Below, piece by piece: positions 1-13,495 of a DNA stretch of 64,000 nucleotides (position 1 is the first letter of the stretch; each line of letters opens with the position of its first letter). The notes beneath the pieces were generated by a model. That model ran no database searches and was not told the origin of the DNA. It saw only the letters and a list, made by a program, of their open reading frames with translations. Location: contig OZ281500.1 in NCBI GenBank assembly GCA_965637545.1, positions 2,108,001 to 2,172,000 of the forward strand, given 5' to 3'. The position numbers and the translations under genes are program-made. Origin of the DNA: Phallusia mammillata (taxonomy: Eukaryota).

Positions 1-2273
1 GGGTAATAACACACTACCCAACACAATCGTTTTAATAACACCACACAGGGTGATAGCAGACGGGAAACTGGCACAAACACAGTGCTAGAACCCTAATTAA
101 AACTTCAGTTTAGAAGTGTGAAATATAAAGTTCTTGTTTTTGTTGGACTGCTTTTTGAACGTTAGCAGAAATGTATTATATTTTATATTTGCTGTTGTAG
201 TTTGAAGTCCACATGCACAAACTACCTAAAGGTTCGAAATCCGAAACCAACGCTGTCCTTTGTGAAAGGTTATGTTAACACTACCCGGTCATTGTACCAC
301 AAGCTCATGGCGTGCCCACCTTCAATAAACCACAGTGTTTGGTTAGTGGTCGGCTCGTGTTACAGTTTGCCTGCTTGCTGATTAGGGAATGGGGCCCAGA
401 AAATTTAGAAGTGCAGAAAATCTACTTAATATTTTGCCGATTTATAAACAAATTCTTAGCAATCAATTGACTTGACAAATGTTCTATTAGTATCTCTCAA
501 AGTGTTGCAGAAATTTTTCAATAATGTCGTAGTATCTCAAATGTCGCAACTCAGCAGATCGGTTGCTATGGTCACGGAACGAAGAAAATGCCTTCACGAT
601 TGCGTAACTCAACCTTTTCAGGAGTCCAAAGACCGATTTCAATCATGCAGATGCGGCCATTTTGTGCATGAAACACTAATTACGGCTACCAGGCTGTGAA
701 CCGTTGACGCCAGTTGTTGACAGGGCGTGACTTGGTCGGTAACGCCCACAACGCTGTCAGCCAATCAGAAACAGGAGAAGTTGTAGCTTCACAGTTGATC
801 ACTTACATTCAACTGGACATTGATTTACTGCTCGCAGAAAAAAAGCAGGACGCACGAAATGATACGTCTGCTGTTCACACAACGGTTTCTCATAAAAATA
901 TTTCAATCTACGAGGGTAACTAGGTCAGTGGCGCAGAGCATTTTATCTGTAAGTAAGCGCACCACATTTCCCTATATTAACCAACAGTTCCATTGAGAGA
1001 AAAAAACCAACAAGATATTTTAAATGAGTTCAGACATCCAAAGTTCTCAGACTTGGTAAACAATTAGACCAAAGGTGAAAAAAATCGTTTGTGTTTATTG
1101 CTTTTAAAAACATAAATTTACTTTTGCACGACAAATTTTTCGCTGCTGTCAATTTTCAAGTACGGACTTAAAAACGTTTGCATTTTGTTACCTGTCATTA
1201 AATAAAATAACTCTTTACCTTACAGGTTCTTTACCCAACAGGCTGCTACCATAAAAGTTGATTGTTCTCTGCGTTTGCTTTCGCATTAAATTCGTTTGAC
1301 ATGAAATAGTTTTGTAAAAACTAACCTGTCATGGAGTTTATGTGTGGTGAATATTCATTTTATTGAAGACGTTTAAAGGCGGATTGTCAGCATCCAGTTG
1401 CATGTGTTAAAGCTGGTTTTAAGTTATGCGTTCAGAGTGTGGGTTTTTGTTGCAAAAATCGTGACAAAATACTTAACTGGAAACAGAATTGTATTCCAGG
1501 CCTGGTTTTTCATGCCAGAATTATAACAGGCTTGATTCGGGCTTGCCAGTTCAAACAAATATGATTTGAACTGGGGTTGGAGCTTGTGCTTTCGCTTTCG
1601 GCCACAGCAGCTTTACCAAACCTGCAGGATTTGTAAATTTGTAGTGTATAGTGTATAAAACGAACAACATGATGCAGCATGAATAACCCCCCAAAAAGAA
1701 CATCAGACATCCGCACTAACCAACTTTCGTGCAGCTCCAGTGCAATCTATATGGGTCGCGTGTCGCAAGCTTGGCCTCACACCCGGCACTCGTTATTCAC
1801 GTGATGGTTTCACACCGACAAGTTGGGACTGATTCTTGGCCAAATGTTTGCCCACCACGCCCTCGGTTGATGCCACCCAGTGTTAGACTTGTCTTTTTCA
1901 TGCTTTGGCCACGCGGTTTCTGCGTGAGGAGGTGCGGCGTGGGTGTGTACCCGCCCTGTACCCGCCCCTTTTCTGCGTGAGGGGACATTTCTGGCGTTTT
2001 TGTCGGAATAATGAAACACTACCCTACACAATTGTTTTTATAACCCCACACAAGGTGATAACAAGGAAAAAACCTACTATTAGGTTCCGGGTAAGATATA
2101 AGCATATAAAATTCAATTGAACTAGAATAGAACTTAGTTTTAGATGTAAAATTTTTAAAAACTTACATCCTAAACCAACCCCTCTTCAACTGCTAAATAA
2201 ATAATTCAGCTTTTTGCGCCACCTGTGGAAAATTAGCTAAATGTAGGTCTCCAGTGAATGGTGTTAGTTAGTA

Positions 2274-2660
2274 TAGGCCTACCATACGTCCTCTTTTTGG
2301 AGGACATATCCTCCTTTTTGATAAAAACCAAGTTGTCCTCCGAGGACAAGAAAAGGTGCCCAAATGTCCTCCTTTTCAACGAATTTCTGATTTACCAACC
2401 CGTAAGTGACAATTATGCCTTTGAAAACATTAATCTTCAGCTTATTTTTTGAGAATACAGGTGGATTTTACATTTTTTTGAAAAAAATCAAGGTTATTTT
2501 TGTGTGGTGATGTGATTAACGTTAAACTTTATCCGAATTATAATTCAATACCTTTTAATTCTTTTTATTTTTTTATTTTTTTTTTGGGGGGGGGGGTATT
2601 TTTCATGTTCGCTTCAACAATTTGTCCTCCTTTTTTGGGGATGGAAATATGGTAGCCCTA
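2274..2660. mobile_element. hAT-type MITE (TAGG(G/C)CTACCATA termini) embedded in the array unit
   Basis: Left TAGGCCTACCATA, right TATGGTAGCCCTA; flanks AGTTAGTA/TGTTAGTA (7/8 TSD). Full copy also at 9600-9980, internally deleted copy at 6680-6785, right end only at ~12025-12054. Confidence 0.8.
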
Positions 2661-3437
2661 TGTTAGTAGCTCTATACCGATAACAGGCGGGAAACTGGCA
2701 CAAACACAGTGCTAGAACGTTAATTAAACTTTAGGTTAGAAGTGTGAAACATAAAGTTCTTGTTTTTGTTGGACTGCTTTTTGAACGTCAGCAGAAATGT
2801 ATTATTTTTTTACATTTGCCTTTGCAGTTAAAAACCAACACTGTCTTTTGTGAAAGGTTATGTTAACACCACCGTGTCATTGTACCACAAGCTCATGGCG
2901 TGCCCACCTTCAGAAACCACAGTGTTTGGTTAGTGGTCGACTCGTGCTGCAGTCAGCTTCCTTGCTGATAGGGGGCGGAGGTCAAACAAAGGTTTGCTGT
3001 GCCGAAAGTCGTTCGCTATATAGTGACCTCAATTGTCAACACAAAAATCTCATTCCCGTACAATTGGCGATTGCAGTTTTATTAATTTAGAAGTGCAGAA
3101 AATCAACTTAATATTTTGCCGATTTATAAACAAATTCTTAGCAATCAATTGACTTGACAAATGTTCTATTAGTATCTCTCAAAGTGTTGCAGAAATTTTT
3201 CAATAATGTCGTAGTATCTCAAATGTCGCAACTCTGATCGGTTGCTATGGTCACGGAACGAAGAAAATGCCTTCACGATTGCGTAACTCAACCTTTTCAG
3301 GAGTCCAAAGACCGATTTCAAATCATGCAGATGCGGCCATTTTGTGCATGAAACACTAATTACGGCTACCAGGCTGTGAACCGTTGACGCCAGTTGTTGA
3401 CAGGGCGTGACTTGGTCGGTAACGCCCACAACGCTGT

Positions 3438-4120
3438 TGCGGGGGCGAGGGTGCGCGTCCGTGCTCGCGTGTTATTGTTTGCTTGAAAGCTTGATACTTC
3501 TTCTGCTTCTCGTGGCTCGTATCGGTCGTCTGCAGTAGCGAGTAAGTTCATTATTACGATTCTCAACGCTTGCTGCATAGAGCCGACATGATCCACAAAA
3601 GATCAATTTAGTTCTTGTCTTTTATTCTGGTTACGCAACACACATCAAGTCTCATTTATCTCAAGGAAAGGATACGATGGAAAGAGAGAGATCAACGATA
3701 AAACATTGTCTTTTAAACTGATACTCGTTTTTCGTGCGATCATTCCAGAACAGTGCCTTCTTTTACTCACATCAGTTATTAGTTTGTTTTAAGTTAAACG
3801 CTTGCAAAGATTTGCAGCACTGCAATGGATTGCACAACTATTTCAAAACACCCGGTTTACGCAACAGCCTGTCTTATGGTCAGGCTGTTGGAAAATATCA
3901 GGAAGACGGGAACATGTAACAACGACACTGAATATGTGTTTCAACAGTTACTGAATCGTGAGAACACATGGAACAGTAAAGTTACACCGCTCGATACCAT
4001 ATGTCGCAAAAGCAGCATATACATTCCATGGAACGAAAAGTCATGGTTGCAAAGTTAAAATTTTTCATTACTTAATGCTTAGCCAAACCAAAGTGCCAAA
4101 ATGATGGCTTAAAAGCTACA
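3438..4120 (-). mobile_element. Probable solo LTR (Gypsy-like termini) inserted in array unit 2
   Basis: Absent from the other units. TG...CA ends (minus strand TGTAGC...CCCGCA), 4-bp TSD CTGT at 3434-3437 and 4121-4124, AATAAA on the minus strand near 3620. A partial second copy lies at 4726-5169. Confidence 0.65.
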
Positions 4121-4525
4121 CTGTCAACCAATCAGAAACAGGAGAAGTTGCAGCTTCACAGTTGATCACTTACATTCAACTGGACATTGATTTACTGCTC
4201 GCAGAAAAAAAGCAGGACGCACGAAATGATACGTACGTCTGCTGTTCACACAACGGTTTCTCATAAAAATATTTCAATCTACGAGGGTAACTAGGTCAGT
4301 GGCGCAGAGCATTTTATCTGTAAGTAAGCGCACCACATTTCCCTATATTAACCAACAGTTCCATTGAGAGAAAAAAACCAACAAGATATTTTAAATGAGT
4401 TCAGACATCCAAAGTTCTCAGACTTGGTAAACAATTAGACCAAAGGTGAAAAAAATCGTTTGTGTTTATTGCTTTTAAAAACATAAATTTACTTTTGCAC
4501 GACAAATTTTTCGCTGCTGTCAATT

Positions 4526-4725
4526 NNNNNNNNNNNNNNNNNNNNNNNNNNNNNNNNNNNNNNNNNNNNNNNNNNNNNNNNNNNNNNNNNNNNNNNNNNN
4601 NNNNNNNNNNNNNNNNNNNNNNNNNNNNNNNNNNNNNNNNNNNNNNNNNNNNNNNNNNNNNNNNNNNNNNNNNNNNNNNNNNNNNNNNNNNNNNNNNNNN
4701 NNNNNNNNNNNNNNNNNNNNNNNNN
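4526..4725. other. Assembly gap (200 N)
   Basis: Run of 200 N; flanks 3687-4525 and 4726-5574 are near-identical. Confidence 0.99.
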
Positions 4726-7700
4726 AGAGATCAACGATAAAACATTGTCTTTTAAACTGATACTCGTTTTTCGTGCGATCATTCCAGAACAGTGCCTTCT
4801 TTTACTCACATCAGTTATTAGTTTGTTTTAAGTTAAACGCTTGCAAAGATTTGCAGCACTGCAATGGATTGCACAACTATTTCAAAACACCCGGTTTACG
4901 CAACAGCCTGTCTTATGGTCAGGCTGTTGGAAAATATCAGGAAGACGGGAACATGTAACAACGACACTGAATATGTGTTTCAACAGTTACTGAATCGTGA
5001 GAACACATGGAACAGTAAAGTTACACCGCTCGATACCATATGTCGCAAAAGCAGCATATACATTCCATGGAACGAAAAGTCATGGTTGCAAAGTTAAAAT
5101 TTTTCATTACTTAATGCTTAGCCAAACCAAAGTGCCAAAATGATGGCTTAAAAGCACGTGACCGCTACACTGTCAACCAATCAGAAACAGGAGAAGTTGC
5201 AGCTTCACAGTTGATCACTTACATTCAACTGGACATTGATTTACTGCTCGCAGAAAAAAAGCAGGACGCACGAAATGATACGTACGTCTGCTGTTCACAC
5301 AACGGTTTCTCATAAAAATATTTCAATCTACGAGGGTAACTAGGTCAGTGGCGCAGAGCATTTTATCTGTAAGTAAGCGCACCACATTTCCCTATATTAA
5401 CCAACAGTTCCATTGAGAGAAAAAAACCAACAAGATATTTTAAATGAGTTCAGACATCCAAAGTTCTCAGACTTGGTAAACAATTAGACCAAAGGTGAAA
5501 AAAATCGTTTGTGTTTATTGCTTTTAAAAACATAAATTTACTTTTGCACGACAAATTTTTCGCTGCTGTCAATTTTCAAGTACGGACTTAAAAACGTTCG
5601 CATTTTGTTACCTGTCATTAAATAAAATAACTCTTTACCTTACAGGTTCTTTACCCAACAGGCTGCTACCATAAAAGTTGATTGTTCTCTGCGTTTGCTT
5701 TCGCATTAAATTCGTTTGACATGAAATAGTTTTGTAAAAACTAACCTGTCATGGAGTTTATGTGTGGTGAATATATTTTATTGAAGACGTTTAAAGGCGG
5801 ATTGTCAGCATCCAGTTGCATGTGTTAAAGCTGGTTTTAAGTTATGCGTTCAGAGTGTGGGTTTTTGTTGCAAAAATCGTGACAAAATACTTAACTGGAA
5901 ACAGAATTGTATTCCAGGCCTGGTTTTTCAGGCCAAATTAAAACAGGCTTGATTCGGGCTTGCCAGTTCAAACAAATATGATTTGAACTGGGGTTGAAGC
6001 TTGTGCTTTCGCTTTCGGCCACAGCAGCTTTACCAAACCTGCAGGATTTGTAAATTTGTAGTGTATAGTGTATAAAACGAACAACATGATGCAGCATGAA
6101 TAACCCCCCCAAAAAGAACATCAGACATCCGCACTAAGCAACTTTCTTGCAGCTCCAGTGCAATCTATATGGGTCGCGTGTCGCAAGCTTGGCCTCACAC
6201 CCGGCACTCGTTATTCACGTGATGGTTTCACACCGACAAGTTGGGACTGATTCTTGGCCAAATGTTTGCCCACCACGCCCTCGGTTGATGCCACCCAGTG
6301 TTAGACTTGTCTTTTTCATGCTTTGACCACGCGGTTTCTGCGTGAGGGGGTGCGGCGTGGGTGTGTACCCGCCCCTTTTCTGGGTGATGGGACATTTTTG
6401 CGTTTCTTTGTCGGGATAATGAAACAGTACCCTACACAATTGTTTTTATAACCCCACACACGGTGATAACAAGGAAAAATCTACTATTAGGGTCGCGGTA
6501 AAATATAAGCATATAAAATTCAATTGAACTAGAATAGAACTTAGTTTTAGATGTAAAATTTTAAAAACTTACATCCTAAACCAACCCCTCTTCAACTGCT
6601 AAATAAATAATTCAGCTTTTTGTGACACCTGTGGAAAATTAGCTAAATGTAGGTCTCCAGTGAATGGTGTTAGTTAGTATAGGCCTACCATACGTCCTCT
6701 TTTTGGAGGACATATCCTCAGGTATTTTTCATGTTTGCTTCAACAATTTGTCCTCCTTTTGGGGGATGGAAATATGGGAGCCCTGTGTTAGTAGCTCCAC
6801 CGAAACCAGGCGGGAAACTGGCACAAACACAGTGCTAGAACGTTAATTAAAACGTTGGTTTAGAAGTGTGAAACATAAAGTTCTTGTTTTTGTTGGACTG
6901 TTTTTTGAACGTTAACAGAAATGTCATATTTTTTTACATTTGCTTTTGTAGTTAAAAACCAACACTGTCCTTTGTGAAAGGTTATGTTAATACTAACCGG
7001 TCATTGTACCACAAGCTCATGGCGTGCCCACCTTCAATAAACCACAGTGTTTGGTTACTGGTCGATTCGTGCTGCAGTCAGCTTTCTTGCTAATTGAGGA
7101 ATGAGATCAAGAAAAGGTTTGCTGTGCCCAAAGTCGTTAGCAATATAGTGACCTAATCGTCAAACACAAAAATCTCATTCACTTACAATTGGCAATTGTA
7201 GTTTTATTAATTTAGAAGTACAGAAAATCAACTTAATATTTTGCCGATTTATAAACAAATTCTTAGCAATCAATTGACTTGACAAATGTTCTATTAGTAT
7301 CTCTCAAAGTGTTGCAGATATTTTTTAATAAAGTCGTAGTATCTCAAATGTCGCAACTCTGATCGGTTGCTATGGTCACGGAACGAAGAAAATGCCTTCA
7401 CGATTGCGTAACTCAACCTTTTCAGGAGTCCAGAGACCGATTTCAATCATGCAGATGCGGCCATTTTGCGCATGAAACACTAATTACGGCTACCAGGCTG
7501 TGAACCGTTGACGCCAGTTGTTGACAGGGCGTGACTTCGTCGGTAACGCCCACAACGCTGTCAACCAATCAGAAACAGGAGAAGTTGTAGCTTCACAGTT
7601 GATGCACGAAATGATACGTCTGCTGTTCACGCAACGGTTTCTCGTAAAAATATTTCAATATACGAGGGTGACTAGGTCAGTGGCGCAGAGCATTTTATCT

Positions 7701-8917
7701 GTAAGTAAGTGCACCACATTTCCCTATATTAACCAACAGTTCCAATTAGAGAAAAAAACCAACAAGATATTTTTAAATCAGTTGAGACATCCAAAGTTTT
7801 CAGACTTTTAGACCAAACGTGAAAAAAAATCGTTTGTGTTCATTGCTTTTAAAAACATAAATTTACTTTTGCACGACAAATTTTTCGCTGCTGTCAATTT
7901 TCAAGTACGGACTTAAAAACGTTTGCATTTTGTTACCTGTCATTAAATAAAATAACTCTTTACCTTACAGGTTCTTTACCCAACAGGCTGCTGCCATAAA
8001 AGTTGATTGTTCTCTGCGTTTACTTTCGCATTAAATTCGTTTGACATGAAATAGTTTCGTAAAAACTAACCTGTCATGGAGTTTATGTGTGGTGAATATA
8101 TTTTATTGAAGACGTTTAAAGGCGGATTGTCAGCATCCAGTGTTGCATGTGTTAAAGCTGGTTTTGAGTTATGCGTTCAGAGTGTGGGTTTTTGTTGCAA
8201 AAATCGTGACAAAATACTTGACTGGAAACAGAATCCCGGGCCTGGCTTTTCAGGCCTGAATTCAAACAGGCATGATTCGGGCTTGCCAGTTTAAACAAAT
8301 ATGATTTGAACCGGGGTTGAAGCTTGTGCTTTCGCTTTCAGCCACAGCAGCTTTACCAAAACTGCAGGATTTGTAAACTTGTAGTGCATAGTGTATAAAA
8401 CGAACAACATGATAAAGCATGAATAACCCCCAAAAGAAGAGCATCAGACATCCGCACTAAGCAACTTTCTTGCAGCTCCAGTGCAATCTATATGGGTAGT
8501 GTGTCGCAAGCTTGGCCTCACACCCGGCACTCGTTATTCACGTGATGGTTCCACACCGACAAGTTGGGACTGATTCTTGGCCAAATGTTTGCCCACCACG
8601 CCCTCGGTTGATGCCACCCAGTGTTAGACTTGTCTTTTTCATGCTTTTGCCACGCGTTTTCTGCGTGAGGGGGTGCGGCGTGGGTGTGTACCCGCCCTGT
8701 ACCCGCCCCTTTTCTGCGTGAGGGGAACATTTCTGCGGTGTTTCTGTGTCGGGATAATGAAACAGTACCCTACACAATTGTTTTTATAACCCCACACACG
8801 GTGAGAAGGAAAAATCTACTATTAGGGTCCGGGTAAGATATAAGCATATAAAATTCAATTGAACTAGAATAGAACTTAGTTTTAGATGTAAAATTTTTAA
8901 AAACTTACATCCTAAAC

Positions 8918-9493
8918 CAGGGGTAGGGAACCTTTTTGTTCATAAAGGCCACCAAACATTTTATCGACAGTCGTTTAGGCCGCACAGACTATTTCCCAGG
9001 CCAAGGACAGTGATGTTCAAACTTTTTAGATCACATTAGTGTCGTTTTGCTATCTCCTCGTAGAGCTGTAGGACATACGGTCCAATCTAATTAAAATTCC
9101 TTACTACATTTTCAACTTTAACTGAAACATTCAGGATATATTTAACCTGGAAATTCGCTTGTTTACAAATATCAATGATCTAAGAGCAGCTTGTGACATC
9201 ACAGACGTGTTTAAGACATTCCATTATGCGCAAACAATTGTTCTATTGCAACACAAGTAAGATTGTGGAACCTTGGGCTTTTGGTAGTCCTATCGCTTAT
9301 CGCTTTGTGTACCACACCAGAACTAATCAAGTAGAAATGTGAAATAAAGGTGAAAAAATACGTTTCTGTCCATTATTCAGCACCTGGTGCCGTAGTAATA
9401 TCAACATCATCAAATGTATTTTGACTTCGAAGGCCGCACTTAGAGCCCTAAAAGGCCGCATGCGGCCTTTATGCCGCAGGTTCCCCAGCCCTG
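8918..9493. mobile_element. hAT MITE (CAGGG termini) inserted only in array unit 3
   Basis: TIRs CAGGGTAGGGAACCT / AGGTTCCCCAGCCCTG; perfect 8-bp TSD TCCTAAAC; empty site in units 1 and 2. Confidence 0.92.
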
Positions 9494-9599
9494 TCCTAAA
9501 CCAACCCCTCTTCAACTGCTAAATAAATAATTCAGCTTTTTGCGCCACCTGTGGAAAATTAGCTAAATGTAGGTCTCCAGTGAATGGTGTTAGTTAGTA

Positions 9600-9980
9600 T
9601 AGGCCTACCATACGTCCTCTTTTTGGAGGACATATCCTCCTTTTTGATAAAAACCAAGTTGTCCTCCGAGGACAAGAAAAAGTGCCCAAATGTCCTCCTT
9701 TTCAACGAATTTCTGATTTACCAACCCGTAAATGACAATTATGCCTTTGAAAACATTAATCTTCAGCTTATTTTTTGAGAATACAGGTGGATTTTACATT
9801 TTTTTGAAAAAAAACAAGGTTATTTTTGTGTGGTGATGTGATTAACGTTAAACTTTATCCGAATTATTATTCAATACCTTTTAATTCTTTATTTTGTTTT
9901 ATTCTTTGGGAGGGGCGTGTTTTTCATGTTCGCTTTAACAATTTGTCCTCCTTTTGGGGGATAGAAATATGGTAGCCCTA
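9600..9980. mobile_element. hAT-type MITE, full copy of 2274-2660
   Basis: Same termini and near-identical internal sequence. Confidence 0.8.
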
Positions 9981-12900
9981 TGTTAGTAGCTCTACCGATA
10001 ACAGGCGGGAAACTGGCACAAACACAGTGCTAGAACGTTAATTAAAACTTCAGTTTGGAAGTGTGAAATATAAAGTTCTTGTTTTTGTTGGGCTGATTTT
10101 TGAACGTGAGCAGAAATGTCATATTTTTTATATTTGCCTCTGCAGTTATAAACCAACACTGTCTTTTGTGAAAGGTTATGCTAACACCGCCCGGTCATTG
10201 TACCACAAGCTCATGGCGTGCCCACCTTTAGTAAACCACCATGTTTGTTTAGTGGCCGGCTCGTGCTCCAGTAAGATTGCTTGCTGATAGGGGGCGGGGG
10301 TCAGAAAAGGTATGCTGTGCCGAAAGTTGTTAGCTATAACGACCTCATGGTCAAACACAAAAATCTCATTCCCTTATAATTGGCAATTGTAATTTTAATA
10401 ATTTGGTGGTGCTGAAAATCAATGTGTTGTTTTGCCGATTTTTCAACATGGCAAATGTTATATTAGTATATTTGTGTACAAATATATTATAATATTGTCG
10501 TAGTATCTCAAATATCGCAACTCAGCAGATCGGTTGCTATGGTCACGCAACGAAGAAACTGCCTTCACGATTGCGTAACTCAACCTTTTCAGGAGTCCAA
10601 AGACCGATTTCAATCATGCAGATGCGGCCATTTTGCGCATGAAACACTAATTACAGCTACCAGGCAGTGAACCGTTGACGCCGGTTGTTGACAGGGCGTG
10701 ACTGCGTCGGTAACGCCCACAACGCTGTCAACCAATCAGAAACAGGAGAAGTTGTAGCTTCACAGTTGATCAATTACATTCAACTGGACATTGATTTGCT
10801 GCTCGCAAAAAAAACAGGACGCACGAAATGATACGTCTACTGTTCACACAACGGTTTCTCATAAAAATATTTCAATCTACGAAGGTGACTAGGTCAGTGG
10901 CGCAGAGCATTTTATCTGTAAGTAAGTGCACCACATTTCCCTATATTAACCAACAGTTCCAATTAGAGAAAAAAACCAACAAGATATTTTTAAATCAGTT
11001 GAGACATCCAAAGTTTTCAGACTTTTAGACCAAACGTGAAAAAAAATCGTTTGTGTTCATTGCTTTTAAAAACATAAATTTACTTTTGCACGACAAATTT
11101 TTCGCTGCTGTCAATTTTCAAGTACGGACTTAAAAACGTTTGCATTTTGTTACCTGTCATTAAATAAAATAACTCTTTACCTTACAGGTTCTTTACCCAA
11201 CAGGCTGCTGCCATAAAAGTTGATTGTTCTCTGCGTTTACTTTCGCATTAAATTCGTTTGACATGAAATAGTTTCGTAAAAACTAACCTGTCATGGAGTT
11301 TATGTGTGGTGAATATATTTTATTGAAGACGTTTAAAGGCGGATTGTCAGCATCCAGTTGCATGTGTTAAAGCTGGTTTTAAGTTATGCGTTCAGAGTGT
11401 GGGTTTTTGTTGCAAAAATCGTGACAAAATCCTTAACTGGAAACAGAATTGTATTCCAAGCCTGGTTTTTCAGGCCTGAATTATGAAACAGGCTTGATTT
11501 GGGCTTGCCAGTTTAAACAAATATGATTTGAACCGGGGATGGAGCTTGTGCTTTCGCTTTCGGCCACAGCAGCTTTACCAAACCTGCAGGATTTGTAAAT
11601 TTGTAGTGTATAGTGTATAAAACGAACAACATGATGCAGCATGAATAACCCCCCCAAAAAGAACATCAGACATCCGCACTAAGCAACTTTCTTGCAGCTC
11701 CAGTGCAATCTATATGGGTCGCGTGTCGCAAGCTTGGCCTCACACCCGGCACTCGTTATTCACGTGATGGTTCCACACCGACAAGTTGGGGCTGATTCTT
11801 GGCCAAATGTTTGCCCACCACGCCCTCGGTTGATGCCACCCAGTGTTAGACTTGTATTTTTCATGCTTTGGCCACGCGGTTTCTGCGTGAGGAGGTGCGG
11901 CGTGGGTGTGTACCCGCCCCTTTTCTGGGTGATGGGACATTTTTGCGTTTCTTTGTCGGGATAATGAAACACTACCCTACACAATTGTTTTTATAATCCC
12001 ACACAATATAAATCCCACACAAGGCTTTTTGAGGATGGAAATATGCTAGCCCTATGTTAGTAGCTCTACCGATAACAGGCGGAAAACTGGCACAAACACA
12101 GTGCTAGAACGTTAATTAAAACTTTAGTTTAGAGGTGTGAAATACAAGGTTCTTGTTTTTGTTGGACTGCTTTTTGAACGTTAGCAGAAATGTCATATTT
12201 TTTTACATTTGCCTTTGTAGTTAAAAACCAACACTGTCCTTTGTGAAAGGTTATGTTAACACCACCCGGTCATTGTACCACAAGCTCACTTACATTTAAC
12301 TGGACATTGATTTACTACTTGCAGAAAAAAACGGGCAAAGAAAATTGATACGTCTCCTGTTTACACAACGGTTTCTTGTAAAAATGTTTCAATCTATTAG
12401 ATCGAAGGCCCAGAGCATCCACATTTCACATATTAACCATCAGTTCCACTGAGACCAAACAAAAAAAATACACTTCTTAATACACAGGTCAAAAAAGCAC
12501 TTTATAAAACCAGTGCCGAAAAAAATGCATAGAAAAAGAGTTCTTTGTTTAAACGCACGACCGCAAGTTTATATATTTCAGTGCACACATGCACGGCGTC
12601 ATAAACTTGTTCTCATCTCATAAAACCAAACATTAAAAACTTGCTGTTTAGCAAACATCGATGTACAATAACGTAAACGGTTTAAACCTATGTCATAAAT
12701 CTGAACCTATTTAAAATATAGACCAACAACTCGTAAACCGTTGTTCAAACAGTGGTTATAACTGCCTGCCTAATAATTGTGTCGAAACAATACAGCCTGT
12801 CAGTATTATGTAATGGGTTATAAAATCCATCGTCAAACTAGTTATGATACTGGGGTCGTTATTATCATGTTTGCGCTATATTCCTGTCATAAATGCACAA

Positions 12901-13176
12901 ATATTTTCTGACATCCCATGTTCGCTGGCTTGGTAAACAAATCGATATATAAGCTAAAGGTGTTTGGACAATAGAAATTTGTGTTTTATTCCATTTTTTA
13001 TCCAGTTAACATCGTTTGTGTTTTTTACTTTGTTTGACATGAAATAGTTTTGTAAAAACAAATCTCCCATAGAGCTTATGTGTGGTAAATCTATTTTATT
13101 GAAAACGTTTTAACGCGGATTATCTGCATTCAGTGTTGCATGTGCTAAAGCTTTCAAGTTTGAGAACACTATATAC

Positions 13177-13495
13177 CAGGGGCGGGCGACCTGCGGCCCG
13201 CGGGCCAAATGGAACCCTTCATTAAAGGTTGTGCGGCCCGCAGATACGCTTGGATTCCAAATGTACTGGCAAACGAGTCCAACTATTATACATTTTTGAG
13301 TATATTAATAAGCCCGGTGCTATTTTTCTGCGACCTGGCAATATATGGCGAGAATCAAATGAAAACTTTGCCTGTGGTTAAGCATATTTGGTAAGCAACT
13401 AAGTAAAATCACCTTGTGTTATACACAGGTGCGGCCCGCGATCTAATTTTGACAATTGTAATTGGCCCCACAGTAAAAAAGGTTGCCCACCCCTG
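13177..13495. mobile_element. hAT (Charlie/Buster-like) MITE
   Basis: CAGGGG...CCCCTG termini, subterminal CGGCCCGCG motifs, TSD CTATATAC/CTATACAC. Confidence 0.85.

Larger units (their letters stand above)
1..12290. repeat. Tandem array of a ~2.6 kb composite non-coding unit
   Basis: Anchor GG(G/A)AAACTGGCACAAACACAGTGCTAGAAC recurs at 62, 2689, 6812, 10007 and 12081 (spacings 2627/4123/3195/2074). Spacing differences are largely explained by an LTR plus gap duplication, a MITE insertion and deletions. ORFs in the units change start and frame between copies. Confidence 0.95.

Noticed and set aside
525-545. GTAGTATCT resembling the U2 snRNA branch-point recognition sequence; the array as a possible snRNA/5S/SL RNA cluster
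   Set aside because: Only 9 nt match; no other U1/U2/U4/U5/U6, 5S or recognisable ascidian SL leader sequence was seen by eye. An Infernal/Rfam scan would settle it.
472-11984. Recurring 60-97 aa ORFs in the array units (e.g. 1510-1716, 1729-1980, 7518-7811)
   Set aside because: Mostly non-ATG starts; frames and ends shift between copies through homopolymer indels; no recognisable domain or consistent splice partners.
1-12290. Array as CRISPR or as an autonomous transposon tandem
   Set aside because: Eukaryotic context, kb-scale units with no repeat-spacer structure, no transposase or RT ORF.
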